Assembly: GCA_034670305.1 (NCBI GenBank)
Contig: JAXMNT010000057.1
Coordinates: 1-49,607 of the forward strand
From: Deltaproteobacteria bacterium
GTDB taxonomy: Bacteria; Myxococcota_A; Polyangia; Polyangiales; Houyiibacteriaceae
Length of the DNA: 49,607 nucleotides
Direction: 5' to 3'
The notes under the pieces are model-generated. The model worked only from the letters and a program-made list of their open reading frames with translations. It was not told the origin of the DNA and made no database searches. Shown piece after piece: positions 16,375-24,906 of this stretch; position 1 is the stretch's first letter; the number at the start of each line of letters is the position of its first letter. The position numbers and the translations under genes were made by a program.

Positions 16375-18864
16375 TCAGCCTGGCACGCAGACGAGCTGGC
16401 TCATGCTGCCGACATCCGTTTCGATGTCGCAGATGTAGCCGCTCCCGAGCCGGCAGTCGTCGTCGGAGTCCCAGCAACCCTTCGCGCACACGTTGTACCC
16501 AAGCGAAGTAGCGATGCAGTACGTGTCCGATTCACAGTCCGCGTTGCTCGCGCAGGCGGCGCGCGCGCAGGTGCCGCCTGGCCACGGCACGCAGGCCCGC
16601 TGCCCGCCGCAGTCGGTGAGGTTCGTGCACGCGTCGCCGTTGGCCCCCGCGCCTCGTCGGCCGCAGTAGCGTCCTTCCGGGAACCACTTGCACGCTTCCG
16701 AGCTGCGGCAGTCGCCATTGACCGTGCAGCCCATGCCGCACTCACTCGCGGCCGGTGCGGGACCGCCGGTCGGGCACACATGACCCGAGGGGCAGGTCGC
16801 CCCCGAGCAGGTGCGCGACACACACGATGTGCCGTCGCACACCGAGGCGCTGTCGCACTCGTTGCTGCTCGTGCAGCCGGCGGAGGTCAGCAGTTCCACT
16901 TCGCCGAGGTACTCGCTCGCTGCGCCGCGGAACCCGAGCACACGCACGGTGTAGGTGCCGGTGTCCGACAACATGCGCGCGATGCTCTCGCTGGTCGTCG
17001 TACCGCGGCTGCTCGCGACCACGAGTCCGGTCGGCCCAAGCAGTTCGAGATCGAGGTCCTCGCCGGCGGTGGCGATCTCCATCGTGACTTCCACCATGCC
17101 CGGGCTCGTGACCGAGAATCGGTAGAAGTCGTCGTCGTCTGGACAGATGGTGCCGTCGAAGTTGGCTCGGTTCATCGCGTCGAACGTCAGGACGGAGGCC
17201 GTGGCGCGGGTGTCGTTGTCCTCGCGCGGGTCGTCCTGACAACACATGGCGGGGTCCGCCATTTGGTCCATGCGCAAGGCGTAGGCGTTCTCGTCGCCGT
17301 CGTACCCGGTCACGCGCGCGATGGCCGTGCCTCCGTCGGGGAAGCAGTGTTCCACGCGCTCGGAGTCGGTCGTGTTCTCGCTCGTGCCGAGGATCGTTCC
17401 CGAGCCGTCGAGCAGCTGGAGGTCCAGGTCGCCGCTGGCGTGGCTGAACCCATCGAGCGTGACGGTGACGCGCGTGCCCGCGACCACCGAGAGCGACGAG
17501 TGGTCGGGGTCGTCGGCACAGATCTGACCATTGATCGGTCCGGTGTACGGGCGCGCGGTCGAGACGCTGTCGTCGGGTTCCCGTCCATCGTCCGTGCATT
17601 CGCCGCCGCCGCCGCCACAGGCGACATCGGTCGGGCCGCAGCCGGCGCGCACGCCGCCTTCGGTCGTGACGGTCGAGCCGCATTCTCCGCCGCCGTCGCA
17701 GACACCGTCACCACTGCACGCCTCGACGCAGACCGAGCCGGAGGGATCGGTCGCGCACAGACCACTCGAACACTGGGTCGACTCCGAACATGGATCGCAG
17801 TCCGGCAAGAGTCCGCCGGCGCCCCCACCGCTCGCCACGAACGTGCGCAGGGCGGAGTCGGTCCGGTGGTCGCAGGCCGCACCGCTCGCGTCGTCGTTGT
17901 CGGTGGCACTCACGACGACGAAGACTTCCTGCGTGGCGCCATCGGCGAGCCGCAGATCGGGGATGCGTCCCGACCATTGTCCCGACGCCGGGGTCATCAC
18001 GACCTGCTCGAACGCCGTCACGTCCGGTGCGCTCGGGTCGTCCGGCGCGCTCGTCGTGTAGAAGAGCAACGGCGCGTCGCGCAGGCCCATGTCGTCCGAG
18101 ACATCGGCCAACACCACGTAGCCGGTGCTCGACGAAGCGGTCGCGCCTTCGGCGGGCGAGGCGATCGTCACGACCGGCGCGTCGCCCGGACAACCCGGCT
18201 TGGCGTCGGTTCGCAGCACCGCGACGTAGTTCAGACCGGTGGGCGGGTGGTCGCCGTCGTCGGCTTCTAGCCGGATGGTCCAGCGCTCCGCCGCGTCGAT
18301 CTGGTCTGGGGTGGGACACCACTCGAACGTGCCCGACTTCGGATCGGTCTGGACGATCTCGCCGCCCTCGGGGAGCTCGCCCGCGGCTCGGATCTCGACG
18401 TCGCGGGAGTCGTCGTCCCGCACTTCGATGTCGAACGCGACGCACGGATCTCGCGCGAGGTCGAACGTGCCTCCCGCGCCGGGCCGGATGAAGATGGGGG
18501 CGGCGTCCTCGGCCGGGTTCACCGTCACCACGAGCGGTTGGGTGGAGAGGGTGTCGCCACCGTCCATCAGCCGAATGGTGAACTCATGGGTGCCGACGTG
18601 GCTCGCGAGCGGGGTCCACCGGAACGAACCACCGCCCGTGCCGCCGGTCACGCTGGACCGCACGGCGGGCAGGTCGGGATCGTCGATGCCGAACGAGAGG
18701 CCGTCCCGGCTGTTCATGACGACGAGATCGACCACGAGGGTCGCGTTCACGTTCACGTTCTGGGGGGCGATCGGCTCGAGCGTGGGTGCGGCATCGTCGC
18801 CGCACGCGACGGACACCCCCAGCACGACGACCAGAGCGGCGCGGGCAAAAGCAAAGCGTTGCAT
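16375..18864 (-). CDS. Lipoprotein with cadherin/He_PIG-like Ig domains, two PPC (pre-peptidase C-terminal) domains and Cys-rich repeats
   Basis: Start re-called to ATG 18864. Lipobox SVAC-GDD. FRWTP/FEWCP Ig strands. DxxExND...ICxDDxD...DLDL PPC signatures twice. Cys-rich C-terminus. Confidence 0.8.
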   Translation of the reverse strand: MQRFAFARAALVVVLGVSVACGDDAAPTLEPIAPQNVNVNATLVVDLVVMNSRDGLSFGIDDPDLPAVRSSVTGGTGGGSFRWTPLASHVGTHEFTIRLMDGGDTLSTQPLVVTVNPAEDAAPIFIRPGAGGTFDLARDPCVAFDIEVRDDDSRDVEIRAAGELPEGGEIVQTDPKSGTFEWCPTPDQIDAAERWTIRLEADDGDHPPTGLNYVAVLRTDAKPGCPGDAPVVTIASPAEGATASSSTGYVVLADVSDDMGLRDAPLLFYTTSAPDDPSAPDVTAFEQVVMTPASGQWSGRIPDLRLADGATQEVFVVVSATDNDDASGAACDHRTDSALRTFVASGGGAGGLLPDCDPCSESTQCSSGLCATDPSGSVCVEACSGDGVCDGGGECGSTVTTEGGVRAGCGPTDVACGGGGGECTDDGREPDDSVSTARPYTGPINGQICADDPDHSSLSVVAGTRVTVTLDGFSHASGDLDLQLLDGSGTILGTSENTTDSERVEHCFPDGGTAIARVTGYDGDENAYALRMDQMADPAMCCQDDPREDNDTRATASVLTFDAMNRANFDGTICPDDDDFYRFSVTSPGMVEVTMEIATAGEDLDLELLGPTGLVVASSRGTTTSESIARMLSDTGTYTVRVLGFRGAASEYLGEVELLTSAGCTSSNECDSASVCDGTSCVSRTCSGATCPSGHVCPTGGPAPAASECGMGCTVNGDCRSSEACKWFPEGRYCGRRGAGANGDACTNLTDCGGQRACVPWPGGTCARAACASNADCESDTYCIATSLGYNVCAKGCWDSDDDCRLGSGYICDIETDVGSMSQLVCVPG

Positions 18865-18938
18865 CGTCCACAGCGTACCACCGGCGACGGAAGGAAACAG
18901 GCGGCCGCCGCGGGGCCGGCACCAGGCTCTTTGCGGGC

Positions 18939-20207
18939 CTACTGGACCATTGGGTTCGAGAACTCGATCGTCATGTCCAGCCGCAGCACGTCCAGCTCGG
19001 GCGCCAGATCCGAAGGCAGCGCGGGGAAGGGCGCGGCGCCGACGATTGCGCGTCGTGCGGACTGGTCCATGTCCGAGAATCCGGTCGATCGGATGCGCTG
19101 GGGCGCGCTCGCCAGGGATCCATCCCTCCGGATCCGAAGCCGGTACACACACGTGCCCTGATCGCGGGCGAGCGAACGTTCGCGTGGAAACACGAGGCGC
19201 TCTTCGATCCGTCGCCGCTGGTCGAGGTACCAGCGGCGGTACCGGGTGTCCGACGTGTCGAGCGCAGCGAACCGTCCGCTGCCAGGACCGAAGGGGCTGG
19301 CGCGGCCACCTTCGGTGCGCCCGCCGCCGCTGCCCGGGGCGCCGCCGCCGCCGACCCCGCCTCGCCCCTCGCCTGCCGTCCGCGCCGAACGTTGGCTCGC
19401 ATCCACCACCGACTGCACCAGTTGTCCGGCCAGCAGCTCCGCGTCGACGTTGTCGCTGGGACGGCCTGGGGTTTGGGCGAGGGTGGCGGCCGGGCCTCGA
19501 TCCACCGCTGGACGGCCGAAGGCCACCCGTGCCGCATCCGAAGAGCGGGCGCCGCGCCCTCCGAGAATGCCGCGACCGGGCGAGTCCGATGCGGCGCCGG
19601 CGTGTTCGGCGGCGGGCGAGAGCGCGGTCCGCCGATCGTCCGAGGAAAACGAGGCGCGGTCGACCTGTCCCCCTCGCAGTGCTGCGGTGGGGGCCACGCG
19701 GGCGCCGTCCGCTGCGTCCCGCGGGCTCAGTCGGCGCCGCTCGGGATGGGGCCCGGAGCCACTGGCGAGGAACGGTTGGTCGTCTGGGTTCGGTGTGGCG
19801 CGCCGGTCTTCGTAGCTGGTCCGATGCCGCGCGACTCGGATCCGCTGGACCTGCGAGACACCGGGCGCGTTGTGGGGGCTGTCGTGCAGGAGCGCACCGT
19901 GGGCGCCCGAGACGAGCCACATGAACTGCGCGGCGCCTTGGTCGTCGCCCCCTTCGCCTCGGTCGGGCGCGTCGACGTTTTGCGCGGACCGTCTGCCGCC
20001 CGCTTCGGCGCGACTGGCCGCTCGGTGTGCGGTGCCGGTCTCTGGGGCGCGGGGATCCCCGAGGTCCGGATCGAACGTGGCGGCGGCGTTCGTGGGCGCG
20101 AGGGCCGATGCGCGGGGAAGGTTGAGGATCCAGCCGGCCAGTCCGACGTGCAGGCAGACGGAGAGTCCGACGACCACCACCCAGGCCCGAGACTCAGCGG
20201 GTGCCAT
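18939..20207 (-). CDS. TonB/TolA-family protein (N-terminal anchor, long linker, TonB C-terminal domain)
   Basis: Anchor with SxxxH (LSVCLH). C-terminal IRRDGSL...RSTGFSDMDQSARRAIVGAAPFPALP. Start approximate. Confidence 0.8.
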   Translation of the reverse strand: MAPAESRAWVVVVGLSVCLHVGLAGWILNLPRASALAPTNAAATFDPDLGDPRAPETGTAHRAASRAEAGGRRSAQNVDAPDRGEGGDDQGAAQFMWLVSGAHGALLHDSPHNAPGVSQVQRIRVARHRTSYEDRRATPNPDDQPFLASGSGPHPERRRLSPRDAADGARVAPTAALRGGQVDRASFSSDDRRTALSPAAEHAGAASDSPGRGILGGRGARSSDAARVAFGRPAVDRGPAATLAQTPGRPSDNVDAELLAGQLVQSVVDASQRSARTAGEGRGGVGGGGAPGSGGGRTEGGRASPFGPGSGRFAALDTSDTRYRRWYLDQRRRIEERLVFPRERSLARDQGTCVYRLRIRRDGSLASAPQRIRSTGFSDMDQSARRAIVGAAPFPALPSDLAPELDVLRLDMTIEFSNPMVQ

Positions 20208-20350
20208 GGACAGCCAGTCGTCCGACTCAGGCGCAGTCGTCAGAGGATCGGCGGAGGCGGCCACGACCACCAGTGTACGCAGCGACCGCGATCGGCGCAC
20301 CGATCCTCGCCGCTTCGGTCTGGCGCGCGGCGATTCGGCGATTCGCGCCT

Positions 20351-21460
20351 TTAGTTCTTCTTGCGCTTCTTGCGCCGCTTGGGGCGCTCGCCCGCGTCGT
20401 CGGCTGGCGCGTCGGTGGGTGCGTCGGCGTCTGCCGGCTTCTTCTTGCGCTTCTTTTTCTTCTTCGGCTTGCCGGTGGGCTCCGGTTTCTTCTCTTCGAC
20501 CGGCGGCCACTGGAGCTTCTCGGGGATGGGCAGGACCCCGTCCCGGCGCACTTTGCGGAGGAACCAGATCGAGAAGACGAAGAACCCGAGCGCGGCGTAC
20601 TGCGCGGGCGTCATGCCCCACCAGCGCACGTCGGAACTCGACAGATCGGTCGCCCGCAAGAAATCGAGCCCGAACCGGATCGGGACGTACATCAGCGGGA
20701 GCAGGGCGATGAAGAGGCCGGTGGGCCGGTTCTTCATGTTGCGGAGACTCCAGAAGATCGACATCGCGACAACCGCGTAGATCACCTCGTAGAGCCCGAG
20801 GTCGTGTCGGACCACGCCCTGCTCGTAGTAGTTCTCCACGCCGAGGAAGAAGGTGGTCTCGCTGCCTGGATGGTCGTGCACCACGAAGCAGCCCATCCGG
20901 CCGAAGATCCATCCGAGCGGGAACGCAAAGGCGACGCAGTCGGCCAAATGCATGGTCGGCAAACCGCCCCGCCGCTTCTTCCAGACCCACAAACCAAAGA
21001 TCGCGCCGATGAAGCCGCCGAACGACGACAGGCCGAGCCACCGTTTGAAGATCAGGGTCGGGTCCGAGAGGATCTCGAGGAGGGTGTCCGTCTCGTAGAA
21101 GACGCCGTTGAGGATGTAGCAAGACACCAGGCCGATCACGACAACGTGGGTCGCGAAGTCCGCCACGTAGGCCGGGTGGATGCCCCACTGCTTGGCTTGG
21201 TATTCCGCCAAGCGGGTGCCGAGGATGACGCCCGCTGCCACGAGCACACCGAAGCCTTGGACGGGGACGGTCTCAAAGCCTGCCCACCATGCGGCGGCGC
21301 CGGCAACCAGCGCCAGCGTCCCGGTGGAGACCGCTTGGGGTCGCCACTTCTCGCGAATCGCCGCCAGGGCGCACAGGCCGAGGACGACGCCGATCGCCCA
21401 GGTGAGGGGGACCGGCCATTCGCCGACTTTGAACCAAGGAATGTAGAGAAAAGTCCCCAT
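20351..21460 (-). CDS. lgt: Prolipoprotein diacylglyceryl transferase
   Basis: GLSSFGGFIG, FGRMGCF, RHDLGLYE, RFGLDFLR and MTPAQY; multiple TM helices. Confidence 0.9.
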   Translation of the reverse strand: MGTFLYIPWFKVGEWPVPLTWAIGVVLGLCALAAIREKWRPQAVSTGTLALVAGAAAWWAGFETVPVQGFGVLVAAGVILGTRLAEYQAKQWGIHPAYVADFATHVVVIGLVSCYILNGVFYETDTLLEILSDPTLIFKRWLGLSSFGGFIGAIFGLWVWKKRRGGLPTMHLADCVAFAFPLGWIFGRMGCFVVHDHPGSETTFFLGVENYYEQGVVRHDLGLYEVIYAVVAMSIFWSLRNMKNRPTGLFIALLPLMYVPIRFGLDFLRATDLSSSDVRWWGMTPAQYAALGFFVFSIWFLRKVRRDGVLPIPEKLQWPPVEEKKPEPTGKPKKKKKRKKKPADADAPTDAPADDAGERPKRRKKRKKN

Positions 21461-21472
21461 ATTGCGCGGACC

Positions 21473-21711
21473 CTAGCAGGACTTGGCGAACCTGCTCGCG
21501 CTCAAGACACAGTTCGCCGCCTACCTGGCCGGCGCCGCATACCTCCGTAGCACCGACCGATGCCCGGCGGCTTCGTCCGCTGGTCGTCCGCTGGGCATCG
21601 GGCTCCGATTCGCGGCCTCGCCGTCGCGAAACACACGGCGTCCACGACGCGGGCAAGGGCACGGGCAAGGGCAACGGCAAGGGAGCAGGTCGCTTTTTAG
21701 CGACCTGCTAG
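21473..21711. mobile_element. MITE/REP-like element, variant B, complete (239 bp including both CTAG)
   Basis: CTAGCAGG...CCTGCTAG ends. Internal hairpin CCGATGCCCGGCGG/CCGCTGGGCATCGG. Right ~67 bp shared with variant A; right ~120 bp match 1-121. Confidence 0.85.
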
Positions 21712-22844
21712 TGCTGGAACGGGCGGTTCTGGAACGCGCGTTGCCAGGCCGGCGGCATGGGCAGACACGCGTCGTCGAGCCCGACGATCTCCGGGTCCAC
21801 GCCTTGGACCGTTGAGCGCACCGTCATCGATCCGCTGGTCATGTCCACGTGGAAGTGGTTGCGGTGCGCGGCGTTGTAGTTGGGCGTGAGGATGATCTGG
21901 AAGATGCGATCGGCGCCCATCGCGCAGGCGAGTTCGTGGAGCACTCGGTCGGCTTCGCCGGTTGCGGTGCCTGGGCATGTGCTGCCCGGGGTGATGATCC
22001 AGTCGCGTTCGAGCACGTACTCGGTGTCGCTGCCCGCGAGCCCGAAGCCCCAGATGTCGATCGCGCGTGCGTAGGCATGCTGGCTGGGGGTGCAGTCGTC
22101 GACGCCGGGTGTGCCCCCACCAATGCATCGGTAGTTGTACACGCCGATGTGGATGACCTCGTCGATCCCATACGGTTTGACCAGCTCGGAGAGGCGAAAC
22201 AACCGCGCGGCGAGTTCGCAGTCCATGGTGAGCGCGGTGGGCGCCTCGTTCGAGACGTAGCGGTACGAGACGTCGTTGATGAAGGGCTCCACCCGGACCG
22301 GATCCGCGATGCCCTGTGTGGGTCCGCGCGGCTCCCAGTCGATGCCGAGGGCGTCCAGCATGCCGTGGCAAGACCCGTCGTCGGGCGGGGTGACGGTGAT
22401 CTCGACCGAGTCCCGAGCCCGTTCGATGCCCGAAGCGTCGAACCCGACCGCGCTCAGGGTGTGGAGGCCATCGGTGCGAAGTTCGAGTGCGAACACGCCG
22501 GTGGATCCGGTCGACATGCCGACCGCCATGCCATCGAGTCCGAGCTCGATCCGCTCGAGGCCGGTGCCCACGACGCGCGCTTCGATCGCGGCGAAGAAGT
22601 CGACCCCATCGCTGGCGGCGCGGGGCAGGGTGACTCCGTCCATCGGACGTTCGATGCGCAGGGTGGCTTCGACGGCGGGTGCGTCTTCCGGCGCGCCGGA
22701 ATCGTCTGCCCGCGCATCGGCGCCGGCATCGCTGGGACCGAACGTCGGCACGACGCCGACCGAACCGGTCCGCATCTCCGACCCACCACGCGAAGGTTCC
22801 CCGCATGCGGCCAAGAGCAAAGCGACGGCGAGGAGTAAGCGCAT
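21708..22844 (-). CDS. Lipoprotein with Ig-like domain and extensin-like C-terminal (peptidase M15-like) domain
   Basis: Start re-called to ATG 22844. Lipobox LAAC. YNYRCI, SQHAYARAIDI and PNYNAAHRNHFHVD motifs. Confidence 0.85.
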   Translation of the reverse strand: MRLLLAVALLLAACGEPSRGGSEMRTGSVGVVPTFGPSDAGADARADDSGAPEDAPAVEATLRIERPMDGVTLPRAASDGVDFFAAIEARVVGTGLERIELGLDGMAVGMSTGSTGVFALELRTDGLHTLSAVGFDASGIERARDSVEITVTPPDDGSCHGMLDALGIDWEPRGPTQGIADPVRVEPFINDVSYRYVSNEAPTALTMDCELAARLFRLSELVKPYGIDEVIHIGVYNYRCIGGGTPGVDDCTPSQHAYARAIDIWGFGLAGSDTEYVLERDWIITPGSTCPGTATGEADRVLHELACAMGADRIFQIILTPNYNAAHRNHFHVDMTSGSMTVRSTVQGVDPEIVGLDDACLPMPPAWQRAFQNRPFQH

Positions 22845-22848
22845 GCGA

Positions 22849-24705
22849 CTACGGCCGCGCGCACCAGCTGGGGTCGAAGCCGCTTCCGGCGCGGCGGTGT
22901 GCGCCCGCACTCCGAAGTTGTCCGTACAAGCGCTGCGCGCCCGGGCAATCGCCCCGCATCAGGAACTGGCCGACCTTGTTGCTGCCGACCCGCTCGATGT
23001 TGCCCCGCAAGGTGCTGGTGATGCTGTTGCCGCGGCCCACCGCGTCGGTGACCCCGCGCAGGGCGCTGAGCGCGGCCGAGACGTTGCCTTGGTCGAGCGC
23101 CGACTGACCGCTCGCAGCGATCCGGCGCGCGGCGGCTTCGTCTCCGTTGCTCATGGCCACGCGCATCATGACGACGCGCATCATGGTGGGCTCCATCTCG
23201 GCCTCCATGGTCTCGGTTTCCATGGTCTCGGTTTCCATGGTGGGTTCGACCATCGCGACTTCGACCATCTGGATCGGCTCGACCATCTGGATCGGTTCGA
23301 CCATCTGAATCGGTTCGACCATCTGGATCGGCCCGGTGCCGGTCATGGTGACCGGGAGTTGTCCCATCTGGGTGGTGGGATCGAAGGTGTTCGTTCCGTT
23401 GTTGGCCGCGACCGGATCCTCTTGCTGGCTCCACCACCAGAAGCCGCCGCCCACCGCGCCACCGAGCACGACGAAGAGTGCGAGCAACGCGAAGACGACC
23501 TTGCCCGAGCCGCCACCGGTCATCGGGACGCCGGCCATCGACGGGTAGTCGGTCGGTGCCGGGGTCGGCGTCGGGTAGCTCGAGCTCGCGGCCGGCATCG
23601 GGGTCGGGGTCATGCCGGTGCCGCTGCCGGAACCCGTGTGGCCGTGCCCCATCTGAAGCGAGGGCGTGGCGATCATCGCGGGCTGGCTCGGCTGACTGGG
23701 GGTGCCGGTGCCAGTCATGCTGGTCGCCATGGTCCAGGCGGCCTGCGGATCGTTCATCCCCGTGAACTCATGCATGAACGCGATGACGTCGGGGTGGCGT
23801 TCCTCTCGGTTCTTCGAGAGCGCCCGCATGATGGCGTTCTTCTTCTGCTGCGGAATGTTGGCCGCTTCCGGGTGGTGCTCGAGCGGCGTCGGTTGCTGGG
23901 TCAGATGTTTCGTCGCCCATTCCCACGGCGTGCGCGCCTCGAACGGCAGCTTCCCGGTCAACATCTCGTACGTCATGATGCCGAGCGAGTAGATGTCGGA
24001 GCGCGCGTCGAGGGTCTGACCGCTGAACTGCTCCGGGCTCATGTAGGGCGGGGTGCCGAGCACCATGCCCTGCTTGGTGAGCTTCGCCTTCGACTCGTCT
24101 TCGGCTTCGCTCCGCTTCGCGATGCCGAAGTCGAGCACCTTGACGAAGTCCGTCTGGCCGCCACGAGACGTGAGCAACACGTTCTCGGGTTTGAGGTCCC
24201 GGTGCACGACGCCGCGCTGATGCGCTTCGCTCAGCGAACCGCACACCTGGATGATCAGCTTGTCGGCGGTCTGCAGGTCGACCGGACCGCGTCGCAGGCG
24301 CACCGAGAGGTCTTCGCCTTCGATGAGCTCCATCACGATGAAGAGCGTGCCGTCGTCGAGGTCGCCGAAGTCGTAGAACTGGACGGTGTTCGGGTGGTGC
24401 AGTTCGATGACCGTCGCGCACTCGCGGTGGAAGCGCGCCACCAGCTGCGGGTCGTTGTTGAACTCGGGGTGGAGGGTCTTGATCGCGACCTTGCGAGTCG
24501 CCGTGCCCATCTTCTGCTCGGCCAGGTACACCCGGCCCATGCCGCCCTCGCCGAGCACATCGACGATGCGGAAGCGGCCGAGGAGGATCTTGCCCATGAG
24601 CGGATCGGTCGCATCCGCGACGGCGACCTCGACCATGGCTCCGCATTGGAGACAGAACTTCGCCTCTTCGGCGTTCTCGTAGCTGCAGCGGTTACAGGTC
24701 TGCAT
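22849..24705 (-). CDS. Membrane Ser/Thr protein kinase with N-terminal zinc ribbon and Met-rich extracytoplasmic linker
   Basis: CNRC...CLQC, GEGGMG, VAIK, HRDLKPEN, DFG and GTPPYMSPE; one TM helix. Confidence 0.95.
   Translation of the reverse strand: MQTCNRCSYENAEEAKFCLQCGAMVEVAVADATDPLMGKILLGRFRIVDVLGEGGMGRVYLAEQKMGTATRKVAIKTLHPEFNNDPQLVARFHRECATVIELHHPNTVQFYDFGDLDDGTLFIVMELIEGEDLSVRLRRGPVDLQTADKLIIQVCGSLSEAHQRGVVHRDLKPENVLLTSRGGQTDFVKVLDFGIAKRSEAEDESKAKLTKQGMVLGTPPYMSPEQFSGQTLDARSDIYSLGIMTYEMLTGKLPFEARTPWEWATKHLTQQPTPLEHHPEAANIPQQKKNAIMRALSKNREERHPDVIAFMHEFTGMNDPQAAWTMATSMTGTGTPSQPSQPAMIATPSLQMGHGHTGSGSGTGMTPTPMPAASSSYPTPTPAPTDYPSMAGVPMTGGGSGKVVFALLALFVVLGGAVGGGFWWWSQQEDPVAANNGTNTFDPTTQMGQLPVTMTGTGPIQMVEPIQMVEPIQMVEPIQMVEVAMVEPTMETETMETETMEAEMEPTMMRVVMMRVAMSNGDEAAARRIAASGQSALDQGNVSAALSALRGVTDAVGRGNSITSTLRGNIERVGSNKVGQFLMRGDCPGAQRLYGQLRSAGAHRRAGSGFDPSWCARP
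23261..23332 (-). repeat. 18-bp tandem repeat x4 encoding (PIQMVE)4
   Basis: TCGACCATCTG(G/A)ATCGG(C/T) repeated four times on the + strand. Confidence 0.95.
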
Positions 24706-24906
24706 CAGTCGACCGATTTTGAACCTTTGTCGCCACGCTACGAATCATCCCCTACCTATGCCCCCGGAACTGTCCGCAGGAGCACCGAACGCGAGTCTAA
24801 CGGGGCACTTGGAAAACACAAACGGATGGCGCGTGACCGGGTGGTGAGACGCGGGGGCCGCCCATCCTTGTCGTGGAACCCGGGCACGTGCGATCGTCTT
24901 GGCTGG

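Noticed and set aside
21473-21815. Small ORFs within or across the elements (21483-21815, 21273-21680, 11215-11463, 29097-29489)
   Set aside because: Low-complexity translations of the repeats (ARARA, PLPLP, GQGHG) with no transposase motifs.
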